A DNA stretch of 64,000 bases from an uncultured Eubacteriales bacterium. Lineage in GTDB: Bacteria; Bacillota; Clostridia; Christensenellales; UBA1242. The DNA is taken from contig CATKYT010000003.1 in assembly GCA_949841245.1 (NCBI GenBank), positions 1,877 to 65,876 of the forward strand, written 5' to 3'. The notes under the pieces are model-generated. The model ran no database searches, had not been told where the DNA came from, and saw only the letters and a program-made list of their open reading frames with translations. The position numbers were made by a program, and so were the translations under genes. Positions 45,245-53,649 of this stretch are shown piece by piece; the stretch's first letter is position 1, and each line of letters starts with the position of its first letter.

Positions 45245-46426
45245 ATGACAAATTCCAATTTTACCTTATCGGTAACAAAATTTAATAATTATATTAAAGA
45301 CATCTTTAACAGCGAAGAACTTCTCCATAACATCAAAATTGTTGGAGAAGTTTTTGGCATTTCTGTTTCCAAAACTGCCATTTATTTTTCGCTTAAAGAT
45401 GAAGACAGCACACTTCCGTGTGTGACTTTTGTTTCCAGCAATTTAGAACAAATTAAAGAAGGTGACATGGTTGCTGTCACAGGTTCACCCAATTTTTATA
45501 CTAAAAGTGGTCGATTTAATTTTATTGTAAATTCTGTTGAACCTTTTGGGCTTGGGATTTTATTTCAAAGATTTTTGGAATTGAAGGAAAAACTGGAAAA
45601 AGAAGGCTTATTTGATGTTTCTCATAAAAAAACAATTCCAAGCACAATAAAAAGAATTGGGGTTGTGACATCAAAAGAAGGGGCTGTTATACAAGACATA
45701 AAAAATGTTTCTTGGCGAAGAAACAAATCTGTTGATTTGGTGCTTTATGATGTAAAAGTGCAAGGGAATGACGCTGAAAAAGAAATTGCTAAGGGCATTG
45801 AATTTTTTTCGGAATATGATGGAGTTGATGTTGTTGTGGTTGCAAGGGGTGGTGGAAGCATGGAAGACCTTTCTGCATTCAACACAGAACTTGTGGCTCG
45901 TGCAACTTATAATTGTAAAAAACCGATTGTGTCAGCAGTTGGTCATGAAACAGATTTCACAATCATTGATTTCGTTTCTGATTTGCGTGCGCCGACACCC
46001 AGTGCGGCAGCAGAACTTTTGACAAAAGACACCAAGCATTCTTATGAAGATTTAAAGAAACAAACTTTTCGGTTGTCAAGAATGATTGAAAATTATGTTG
46101 CAGACTTAAATTTTTCATTTCAAAATTTAAAAAATAATGTTATGTCTTTGTTTGAAGATGATTTGATTGCCAAGAAATTAAGACTTAATAAAATCATTCA
46201 AAATATTTCCAACAATCTTTCAAACTTTGTTACAAAAACAGAACATGAATTTAAATTAAAAACTGTTGAGTTAAGCAAATTAAATCCACTTGACATTTTG
46301 GCACTTGGTTATGCTAAAATAGAACAAAATGGAAAGGTGCTTGCAAGTGTGAATGAAGTTGATTTAAAAAACCAACTTGAAATAAATTTTATAGATGGCA
46401 CAGTTTCGGCTTTGCCTAAGGAGTAG
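45245..46426 (+). CDS. xseA: Exodeoxyribonuclease VII large subunit
   Basis: OB-fold N-terminus (LSVTKFNNYIKDIF...IVGEV). IGVVTSKEGAVIQDI, ARGGGSMEDL and GHETDFTI motifs. Confidence 0.92.
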   Translation: MTNSNFTLSVTKFNNYIKDIFNSEELLHNIKIVGEVFGISVSKTAIYFSLKDEDSTLPCVTFVSSNLEQIKEGDMVAVTGSPNFYTKSGRFNFIVNSVEPFGLGILFQRFLELKEKLEKEGLFDVSHKKTIPSTIKRIGVVTSKEGAVIQDIKNVSWRRNKSVDLVLYDVKVQGNDAEKEIAKGIEFFSEYDGVDVVVVARGGGSMEDLSAFNTELVARATYNCKKPIVSAVGHETDFTIIDFVSDLRAPTPSAAAELLTKDTKHSYEDLKKQTFRLSRMIENYVADLNFSFQNLKNNVMSLFEDDLIAKKLRLNKIIQNISNNLSNFVTKTEHEFKLKTVELSKLNPLDILALGYAKIEQNGKVLASVNEVDLKNQLEINFIDGTVSALPKE

Positions 46427-46431
46427 GAATT

Positions 46432-46635
46432 ATGAATTACGAAGATGCAATTAAAGAACTTGAAGAAATTACAGAAAAATTGGAAACGCAAAAACTTCCG
46501 CTTAAACAAGCACAAGAACTTTTTGAAAGAGCAAGTGTTCTTTCAAAATTTGCTCAGGAAGAACTTTCTAAAACAAATGGAAAACTTTATCAGATAAAAA
46601 AGGAATTAGATGAAATTTCAGAGGAGGAATTATGA
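46432..46635 (+). CDS. xseB: Exodeoxyribonuclease VII small subunit
   Basis: 67 aa. YEDAIKELEEITEKLE...L.L..A..LFE matches the XseB pattern. Confidence 0.88.
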   Translation: MNYEDAIKELEEITEKLETQKLPLKQAQELFERASVLSKFAQEELSKTNGKLYQIKKELDEISEEEL

Positions 46636-48359
46636 GAATAAGTAAACTCGTAGGTGAAAGAATTAAAGAAGTGCCAAATGGTGCAACTATAAAAAGTCAT
46701 ATTTTGCTGTTGCGTGCTGGCTACATAAAGCAAGTCAGTGCGGGCATTTTTTCACTTATGCCACCTGCTCAAAAAGTCAGTTTAAAAATTCAGAACATAA
46801 TTCGTGAAGAAATGAATAAAGTTGGTGGGCAAGAAGTTTTGTTTCCAGTAGTTATGCCACGCGAACTGTGGGAAAAAAGTGGAAGATATTCTTCAATTAA
46901 AGATGAAATGGTGCGTTTTAAAGACAGAACAAATCATGATATGGTGCTTGGAATGACTCATGAAGAAGCAGCCGTGCATATGGCTTTAAACACCATTAAA
47001 AGCCACGAACAATTGCCATTTATGATTTACCAAATTCAAACTAAATTTCGTGATGAACCAAGGGCAAGAGGTGGGCTTATCAGAGTAAGAGAATTTACAA
47101 TGAAAGATGCTTATTCTTTTCACTTAACCCAAGAAGATTTAGATGTTTATTACAAAAAAGTTTATGACGCTTATGTCAGAATATATAAACGAATTGGTTT
47201 TAAGAATTTCACGGTTGTTGAAGGCGACAATGGCATGATGGGTGGCAAAGTGTCACACGAATATATGGCAGTCACTCCTGCTGGGGAAGACAGTTTGGTT
47301 GTTTGCCCAAATTGTCATTACAGCAGCAACATGGAAGTGGCGATTTCAGAAAAAGATGAAAATGACCACAATTTTGCAGGAGAAATGGAAGAAGTGTTCA
47401 CAGGGAACGCTCATACCATTGAAGAAGTTTGTGCTTTTCTTGAAACCGATGCTAAACATACTGCAAAAGCAGTTTGTTATAAAACAGAAATCGATGGTAA
47501 ACTTGTTGTTGTTTTCTTGCGCGGAGATTGTGATGTCAATGAAATGAAACTTCAAAAGTTTGTAAAAAGTGAACTTTTGCCAGTTGATGTTGAAGAATTT
47601 GGATTGTTTGCTGGAAATATTGGCTGTGTAAACTTTAAACCTGAAAATGCCTATGTTTTCTTTGATAAGTCGCTTAAAGGCTTGGAAAATTTTGTAACAG
47701 GTGCAAATAAAAAAGATTTTCACATTAAGAATGTAAGCATGTCAAGAGATTTGGCTGATGTTGAATTTGTTGATGTTTCTCTTGTAAAAGCAGGTGAAAA
47801 ATGTGTTCATTGTGGCAGTGAATTAAATCTTACACGCGGTATTGAAATTGGAAACATCTTCCAACTTGGAACAAAATACACTCAAACAATGGGCATGAAA
47901 ATCAATTTGCCAGACGGAACATCAAAAGAACCAATTATGGGTTGTTATGGAATAGGAGTTGGCAGGTCGCTCGCCAGCATTTGCGAAGAAAAAGCAGATG
48001 ATAAGGGGCTTGTTTGGCCAATGACAATTGCACCATGGCATATACACTTCTGTCCACTTCGTTTGGATGACGAAAATGTAAGTGCTGTTGCTGATGAACT
48101 TTATAATCAAATGGTTTCAGAAGGAATTGAAGTGTTGTATGACGACAGAAACATCTCTGCTGGAATAAAACTTACAGACAGTGAACTTATGGGTATGCCA
48201 ATCAGAGTGCTTATAAGTCCAAAAACAATGGCAAATATGGAAGCAGAAATCACAATGCGTGAAACAGGGGAAAGATTTAATATTTCCATAAAACAACTTG
48301 TGTCCGAACTTAAATCTTTAATAAGTTATGAAATTGAAGAAATAAACAAAAGTTTATAA
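46632..48359 (+). CDS. proS: Proline--tRNA ligase (bacterial type with INS editing domain)
   Basis: 575 aa. Motif 2 FRDEPRARGGLIRVREFTMKDAYSF and motif 3 GCYGIGVGR. ATGA coupling with xseB. Confidence 0.93.
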   Translation: MRISKLVGERIKEVPNGATIKSHILLLRAGYIKQVSAGIFSLMPPAQKVSLKIQNIIREEMNKVGGQEVLFPVVMPRELWEKSGRYSSIKDEMVRFKDRTNHDMVLGMTHEEAAVHMALNTIKSHEQLPFMIYQIQTKFRDEPRARGGLIRVREFTMKDAYSFHLTQEDLDVYYKKVYDAYVRIYKRIGFKNFTVVEGDNGMMGGKVSHEYMAVTPAGEDSLVVCPNCHYSSNMEVAISEKDENDHNFAGEMEEVFTGNAHTIEEVCAFLETDAKHTAKAVCYKTEIDGKLVVVFLRGDCDVNEMKLQKFVKSELLPVDVEEFGLFAGNIGCVNFKPENAYVFFDKSLKGLENFVTGANKKDFHIKNVSMSRDLADVEFVDVSLVKAGEKCVHCGSELNLTRGIEIGNIFQLGTKYTQTMGMKINLPDGTSKEPIMGCYGIGVGRSLASICEEKADDKGLVWPMTIAPWHIHFCPLRLDDENVSAVADELYNQMVSEGIEVLYDDRNISAGIKLTDSELMGMPIRVLISPKTMANMEAEITMRETGERFNISIKQLVSELKSLISYEIEEINKSL

Positions 48360-48368
48360 ATACTGTTG

Positions 48369-48406
48369 ATTGTGGTGTTATGCTGGCATACTTCCACAAT
48401 ATATTG
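48369..48406. repeat. Intergenic palindromic repeat, copy R7
   Basis: ATTGTGGTGTTATGC-tg-GCATACTTCCACAATATATTG, just after the proS stop. A canonical terminator follows at 48409-48432. Confidence 0.75.
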
Positions 48407-48477
48407 AAAAACTAGGGCTAGACCTAGTTTTTTCTTATGCTTGTCCTAAAATTGGAAATTGATAAATATAATATTAC

Positions 48478-49026
48478 ATGGGGAAAAATAGTTTTCGTTG
48501 GGCATTTAAAATTTTGGTTTTATCTGTGTCACTTTCAATTGTTTTCAGTTTGGCATCTCAGAGCTTATTTCCAAGCATTCCGACTTTCTTTTCTGTGTTT
48601 ATAATTTTGTTTTTTATTGTGCTTAGCACAGTTTTTGACATGCTTGGAATTGCTGTTGCGTCCATTAATTCAGAAAAATTGGAAAAATTGAAAGATGAAA
48701 AAGGTTATGAAACCGCTAAAAAGTTGTATAAAAACACTGAAAAAGTTTCATCTTTTTGTGGAGATGTTGTTGGCGATATATGTGGCATATTGAGTGGTGC
48801 AGGTGGTGTCAGTCTTGTGGTAAATATGAATATAACTGACCCAACGCTTTATTACATCGTTACATGTCTTGTAAGTTCGTTAATTGCAGGGCTTACAATT
48901 TTTAGTAAAGCCATAATGAAAGGCTACGCCATCAAGAACGCCGAACAATTAAGCATAAAAGTAGGGCATGTAATCGAATTTTCTCCAAAAGAGTGGTTTA
49001 AGAAAAGAAAGAACAGAGAGAAATGA
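48478..49026 (+). CDS. Membrane protein of unknown function (possibly leaderless)
   Basis: 182 aa with 4 TM helices and a basic tail KEWFKKRKNREK. There is no Shine-Dalgarno sequence. TATAAT at 48466-48471 ends 6 nt before the ATG. Confidence 0.5.
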   Translation: MGKNSFRWAFKILVLSVSLSIVFSLASQSLFPSIPTFFSVFIILFFIVLSTVFDMLGIAVASINSEKLEKLKDEKGYETAKKLYKNTEKVSSFCGDVVGDICGILSGAGGVSLVVNMNITDPTLYYIVTCLVSSLIAGLTIFSKAIMKGYAIKNAEQLSIKVGHVIEFSPKEWFKKRKNREK

Positions 49027-49195
49027 TTATAGATATAAGTGTTAAACAAAGGTTGACGAAAGTTAATAAAGCAAAGAAAAAGAGAGAATGAGCCATAGAT
49101 GCCAAACTTTTGGTTCTAGATATTTCTAATTTTTCTTTATATTGGTCATCGTTTATATTAACAGAAGTTTCTAAATTATTTTTATTTTTTGCCAT
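48998..49195 (-). CDS. Small tail-anchored membrane protein, unknown function
   Basis: GGAG lies 5 nt upstream of the ATG. The 65 aa have a hydrophilic N-terminal half and a C-terminal hydrophobic stretch SLFFFALLTFVNLCLTLISIIISLC. Its 3' end overlaps the convergent gene by 29 nt. Confidence 0.45.
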   Translation of the reverse strand: MAKNKNNLETSVNINDDQYKEKLEISRTKSLASMAHSLFFFALLTFVNLCLTLISIIISLCSFFS

Positions 49196-49216
49196 TTTTT
49201 CTCCATTTATATTTGA

Positions 49217-49243
49217 ATTCTAGCATATTGGGGGGGGAGTCAA
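49217..49243 (-). promoter_or_regulatory. Promoter with a C8 homopolymer in the -35/-10 spacer
   Basis: On the minus strand: TTGACT (49243-49238), CCCCCCCCAATATGC (15 nt; C run = 49237-49230), TAGAAT (49222-49217), preceded by a TGn extended -10. Confidence 0.5.
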
Positions 49244-49290
49244 GCGAATTTGCAAATTTTTAAAATTGTTGAAAAATGTTGGAAAAATAC

Positions 49291-49470
49291 TTGACAGGTG
49301 GATTTGTTGTATGTTAATATAAGGCAGTAAGAAAGCAGAAGTCCACCTTCTCACCCGCCGAATTTCGTTTTGGTGTGGTCAAAAATTTTGAATATTTTAT
49401 TCTTGTTTTTGATTTTTAGGTAGGGCTTTTATGCGTCCTACCTTTTGTTTTATTTTTAAAATAAAACTCA
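49291..49470 (+). promoter_or_regulatory. infC-rpmI-rplT promoter and putative L20-leader attenuator
   Basis: TTGACA (49291-49296), 18 nt spacer, TAATAT. A ~150-nt structured leader ends in the terminator GGTAGGGC-ttttatgc-GTCCTACC plus a T run (~49420-49450). The position matches the Firmicute L20 leader. Confidence 0.5.
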
Positions 49471-49498
49471 AAAATCTATTAAAAAGGAGATTACGACA

Positions 49499-50014
49499 AT
49501 TTTTAAGGAACTTTTAATCAATGACCAAATCACTGCAAATGAAGTTAGAGTGATTGGCGAAGAAGGAGAACAACTTGGAGTTTTGACAAAATCACAAGCA
49601 CAAGATCTTGCTGACAAAAGTGGTTTAGATTTGGTGCTTATGTCACCAAACGGAAATCCACCAGTATGCAAACTTATGGATTATGGCAAATATAAGTTTG
49701 ACACAATCAAAAAAGAAAAGGAAATTCGCAAAAATCAAAAGGTGGTTGAAATTAAAGAAATTCAACTTTCCATGAGAATTGACGATTACCACATCAGTTT
49801 CAAACTTAAAAATGCCAAGAAAATTTTGCAAGATGGTGACAAAGTTAAAGTGTCACTTCGTATGAGAGGCAGAGAACAGGCTTATGCAAAAAATGCTGTT
49901 GAAATTGTGAAAAAGTTTGTTGAAGACCTTTCAGATGTTGGCTCTATTGATAAAGAACCAGCCATTATGGGAAGAAATGTTTTTGTCGTAATCAACCCTA
50001 AGAAAGCAAACTAA
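49499..50014 (+). CDS. infC: Translation initiation factor IF-3, probable ATT start
   Basis: The in-frame extension of ORF 49550.. reads I-FKELLINDQITANEVRVIGEEGEQLGV. ATT at 49499 lies 9 nt after AAGGAG. IF-3 genes classically use AUU. Confidence 0.85.
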   Translation: MFKELLINDQITANEVRVIGEEGEQLGVLTKSQAQDLADKSGLDLVLMSPNGNPPVCKLMDYGKYKFDTIKKEKEIRKNQKVVEIKEIQLSMRIDDYHISFKLKNAKKILQDGDKVKVSLRMRGREQAYAKNAVEIVKKFVEDLSDVGSIDKEPAIMGRNVFVVINPKKAN

Positions 50015-50029
50015 AAGGAGAAAAAGAAA

Positions 50030-50224
50030 ATGCCTAAACAAAAAACACATAGCGGTGTGAAGAAAAGATTTTCACTTACTGCAACAGGAAAAGTTAAGTA
50101 TGCAAGACCAGGAAAAGGTCACTTCTTAACAGCAAAATCACAAGGTCGTAAAAGAAAACTCAGAAAGGGGTCTTATATTGCTGGAAAAAATGCCAAGAAT
50201 ATTAAGACTATGCTTTGCAAGTAA
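50030..50224 (+). CDS. rpmI: 50S ribosomal protein L35
   Basis: MPKQKTHSGVKKRF... in canonical position; 64 aa. Confidence 0.95.
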   Translation: MPKQKTHSGVKKRFSLTATGKVKYARPGKGHFLTAKSQGRKRKLRKGSYIAGKNAKNIKTMLCK

Positions 50225-50238
50225 GTTAGGAGGGAAAA

Positions 50239-50586
50239 ATGAGAGTTAAAAGAGGCGTAAACGCAGTTAAAAAGCGTAGAAAAATTTTGAAGCAATCAAA
50301 AGGTTACTTCGGAGCAAGAGGTAAACTTTACAGAGTTGCCAGAGAACAAGTGATGAAAAGCGGACAATATGCTTACATCGGAAGAAAACAAAAGAAAAGA
50401 GATTTCCGTTCTCTTTGGATTACAAGAATCAATGCTGCTTGCAGACTTAACGACATTTCTTACAGCAGATTTGTTTCTGGTCTTAAAAAAGCAAATGTAA
50501 CACTTAACAGAAAAGTTCTTGCAGACATGGCAGTTAGAGAACCAGATGCTTTCTCTAAACTTGTTGAAGTTGCTAAGAAGGCTTAA
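50239..50586 (+). CDS. rplT: 50S ribosomal protein L20
   Basis: [27 protein letters not shown]... and RINAACR motifs. Confidence 0.96.
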   Translation: MRVKRGVNAVKKRRKILKQSKGYFGARGKLYRVAREQVMKSGQYAYIGRKQKKRDFRSLWITRINAACRLNDISYSRFVSGLKKANVTLNRKVLADMAVREPDAFSKLVEVAKKA

Positions 50587-51360
50587 ATGCAGAAGGCAAG
50601 CAAAGGTTTTATATCTGATTTAAAAAAGCAAAAACGCACAAGTTCTTTGCTTTTTTTGGATAACCTTAAAATAATTAAAGATGCCATTTCCAATAAGTCT
50701 ATTCAAATTGAGTGTGTTTTAACTTCAATGGAACAACTGCCATTTTTTTGTGATGAACAACTTATTTTCAAAGTTGATGACAAAACCATAGAACAACTTG
50801 CAGACACAAAAACTCCACAAAAAGTGTTGTGCATTGCAAGTTATAAACAACATGTTGTGACGAAACCAAACACCAACTTTTTGGTTTTAGATGGCTTGCA
50901 AGACCCTGGAAATGTCGGAACGCTTATCAGAACAGCCAAGGCATGTGGTTTTGAATTTGTATATTTGGTGGATTGCGTTAAAAGAAACAATCCAAAACTT
51001 ATAAGAAGTTCAGTTGGTGCTGTTTTTGATGAAAAGATTATGGAACTTTCAAGAGAAGATTTTTTGAAACTTTCTGAAAAAGAAAATTTCAACTTGATTA
51101 TGTGTGACATGGAAGGGGAAAATATTTTCGAATTTGCTGATTCAATTTCTCAAAAAGAAAGACAGATTTTTGGCAAAAATAAAAATTGCATACAGTGGCT
51201 GGGAGTTGTGGTTGGAAGCGAAGGACAAGGTGTCAGTAAAGAAATGGAAAAACTTTGTAAGTTTAGGGTTAAAATTCCTATGAAAGCAGGAATCGAAAGT
51301 CTCAATGCTGGTGTCAGTGGTTCAATTATTATGTATGAATTGCAAAAAAGGAGTTTTTAA
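50587..51360 (+). CDS. TrmH/SpoU-family RNA 2'-O-methyltransferase
   Basis: QDPGNVGTLIRTAKACG, VVGSEGQGVS and ESLNAGVSGSIIMYE motifs. Confidence 0.85.
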   Translation: MQKASKGFISDLKKQKRTSSLLFLDNLKIIKDAISNKSIQIECVLTSMEQLPFFCDEQLIFKVDDKTIEQLADTKTPQKVLCIASYKQHVVTKPNTNFLVLDGLQDPGNVGTLIRTAKACGFEFVYLVDCVKRNNPKLIRSSVGAVFDEKIMELSREDFLKLSEKENFNLIMCDMEGENIFEFADSISQKERQIFGKNKNCIQWLGVVVGSEGQGVSKEMEKLCKFRVKIPMKAGIESLNAGVSGSIIMYELQKRSF

Positions 51361-51372
51361 AAACTTCTTTTT

Positions 51373-51483
51373 TTAATGTTTATAAGTTCCATAAGTATAA
51401 ACTTGACCAGTTAGATAATTTGCTTTTTCACTAAATAAAAACATTACAAAATTATTTATTAATGAATTGTTATTACTTTTCAT
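51373..51483 (-). pseudogene. 36-codon relic resembling the C-terminus of an SDR oxidoreductase
   Basis: Hand translation gives MKSNNNSLINNFVMFLFSEKANYLTGQVYTYGTYKH*. Compare the C-terminus of the intact SDR at 26638..27360, AIYFLSSEKASFITGQTLYVDGG. Confidence 0.3.
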
Positions 51484-51561
51484 ATCTTTCCATAATCATT
51501 TGACAAAATAGTATGATTTGGTTTATTATATTAAAGTAATATTTAATTTTAAGGAGATTTT

Positions 51562-52287
51562 ATGTCTGGACATTCAAAATGGCATAACATTCAAGCCAAA
51601 AAAGGTAAGAGTGATGCTGCAAGGGGAAAAATTTTTACTAAGATTGGAAGAGAACTGGCTGTTTGTGTAAAAACTGGTGGTGCTGACCCAAACACCAACA
51701 GTAAATTGAGAGATATTATTTCAAAGGCTAAACAGAACAACATGCCAAACGACAACATTGACAGAGCAATTAAAAAAGCGTCTGGTGAACTTGGTTCTGT
51801 TAATTATGAAGCCATCACTTATGAAGGTTACGGTGTTGGTGGCTCGGCTGTTATTGTAGAGTGTTTAACTGACAATAAAAACAGAACAGCAGGCGATGTT
51901 CGTCATGCTTTTGATAAGCACGGCGGAAGTTTAGGCTCGCTTGGTTGCGTTTCTTATCTTTTCAAAAGAAAAGGTGTTGTGGTTGTTGTTGATGTCAAAG
52001 ATGCAGAAACTTTAATGCTTGATGCCATTGAAGAAGGTGCTGTGGATGTTGTGGAAGACGAAGACAGTGTGGAAATTGTTACAGAACCAAACGAACACAA
52101 TAAGATGCATGAAGCGCTTACAAAAAAAGGTTATAATGTGGTTTCTTCTGAAACTGCACTTGTTCCTGACTTATATGTTGATTTGTCTGCTGAACAAATG
52201 GTTAAATTTCAACGCATGATAGACGACCTTGAAGATTTGGACGATGTTCAAGAAGTTTTTCATAATGTAAACTTAGACGAAGAATAA
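51562..52287 (+). CDS. yebC: YebC/PmpR-family transcriptional regulator
   Basis: MSGHSKWHNIQAKKGKSDAARGKIFTK N-terminus. Confidence 0.93.
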   Translation: MSGHSKWHNIQAKKGKSDAARGKIFTKIGRELAVCVKTGGADPNTNSKLRDIISKAKQNNMPNDNIDRAIKKASGELGSVNYEAITYEGYGVGGSAVIVECLTDNKNRTAGDVRHAFDKHGGSLGSLGCVSYLFKRKGVVVVVDVKDAETLMLDAIEEGAVDVVEDEDSVEIVTEPNEHNKMHEALTKKGYNVVSSETALVPDLYVDLSAEQMVKFQRMIDDLEDLDDVQEVFHNVNLDEE

Positions 52288-52363
52288 ACATAATAAAAAT
52301 ATCGTTGCTTGTAAATACTCTGTTTTATTTGACAAAACAGAGTATTTTTATTAAAATAAACCT

Positions 52364-52852
52364 ATGAGAATATTAGGAATTGACCCAGGTTATGGGATTG
52401 TAGGTTTTGGCATTATTGACACAGACAGAAACAATGAAGTTGTCGACTTTGGAGTTATTGAAACTCCAAAAGAAGACACTTTGCCTGTCAGACTTATGAG
52501 AATTGAAGAAGCATTAAGAGTTTTGTTTGAAAGATACAGGCCAGATGAAGTTGCAGTTGAAGAATTATTTTATTTTCATAACCAAACAACTGTAATACCT
52601 GTTGCAGAAGCACGCGGAGTTATTATTTTGACTGCTCAGAAATATTGTGAAAGACTGTTTGAATATACACCAATGCAAATTAAACAGGCTTTAACAGGAA
52701 ATGGTCGTGCTGATAAAAAACAAATGCAGTTTATGGTTAAGGCGGTGCTTGGGCTGGAAAAAATTCCGAAACCAGATGACGCAGCGGACGCTTTGGCAGT
52801 GGCATTATGTCACAGTCAAATTAATCCGACTTTAAATGTTAACAGAATATAA
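52364..52852 (+). CDS. ruvC: Crossover junction endodeoxyribonuclease RuvC
   Basis: MRILGIDPGYGIVGFGII, EE(L)F and DAADALAVALCH catalytic acidic motifs. Confidence 0.92.
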   Translation: MRILGIDPGYGIVGFGIIDTDRNNEVVDFGVIETPKEDTLPVRLMRIEEALRVLFERYRPDEVAVEELFYFHNQTTVIPVAEARGVIILTAQKYCERLFEYTPMQIKQALTGNGRADKKQMQFMVKAVLGLEKIPKPDDAADALAVALCHSQINPTLNVNRI

Positions 52853-52872
52853 ATACATAAAAAGGATATGTT

Positions 52873-53466
52873 ATGATTGCTTATTTAGTTGGTGTTATTG
52901 AAGAAAAAAATGAAAACACTGTTGTTGTAGATGTCAATGGTGTTGGATATGAACTTTGTGTTTCAAACAATACGCTTGTTTCTTTGCCAATGGTTAATGA
53001 AACTGCAAAGATTTTGACTTATATGCAAGTTAAAGAAGATGGAATTGCACTTTTTGGATTTGCAAATGCAGAAGAAAAGTCTTTGTTTTTAAAACTTATC
53101 ACTGTTTCAGGAATTGGTCCTAAAATGGCAATTACAATTCTTTCTGGCATAAGAATGTCAGACTTAGTTGTGGCAATTTTAAGTGACGATGTGAATTTAC
53201 TTTCAAAAATCAAAGGTTTAGGCAAGAAATCTGCGGAACGAATTTGTTTGGAACTTAAAGATAAAGTTTCTGCTGGAAACATTGTTGGTGAAGATACATT
53301 GCTTTCTGTAAATTACAACGAAAATGCTTTGAATGATGCAGTTGACACACTTATTAATCTTGGAATCAACAAAAATGAAGCATACAGACTGGCAAGAAGC
53401 AAGGCGACAGATGATGTGACAGCGGAAGAAATCATTTTGAAAGTTTTAAGAGAAATTGGAAGATGA
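52873..53466 (+). CDS. ruvA: Holliday junction DNA helicase RuvA
   Basis: MIAYLVGVI N-terminus. HhH motifs SGIGPKMA and GLGKKSAERI. Confidence 0.92.
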   Translation: MIAYLVGVIEEKNENTVVVDVNGVGYELCVSNNTLVSLPMVNETAKILTYMQVKEDGIALFGFANAEEKSLFLKLITVSGIGPKMAITILSGIRMSDLVVAILSDDVNLLSKIKGLGKKSAERICLELKDKVSAGNIVGEDTLLSVNYNENALNDAVDTLINLGINKNEAYRLARSKATDDVTAEEIILKVLREIGR

Positions 53467-53518
53467 CAATATGTTGTGTATTATGCATTTAGTAAAACGG
53501 CATACTACACTAAATATA
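53467..53518. repeat. Intergenic palindromic repeat, copy R8
   Basis: CAATATGTTGTGTATTATGCA-tttagtaaaacg-GCATACTACACTAAATATA. It begins at the first base after the ruvA stop, within the ruvA-ruvB spacer. Confidence 0.7.
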
Positions 53519-53649
53519 ACCTGCGAAAATAAATCTTATTTTAGATTCGCCAAATTAAAGAAAGGAGATTGGGACAGAAAATCAAGTTTAAGAAGATTAT
53601 GAAAAATGCTTTTTATGGAAGAAAAATTTGATTTAATCCCAAAATGTTT

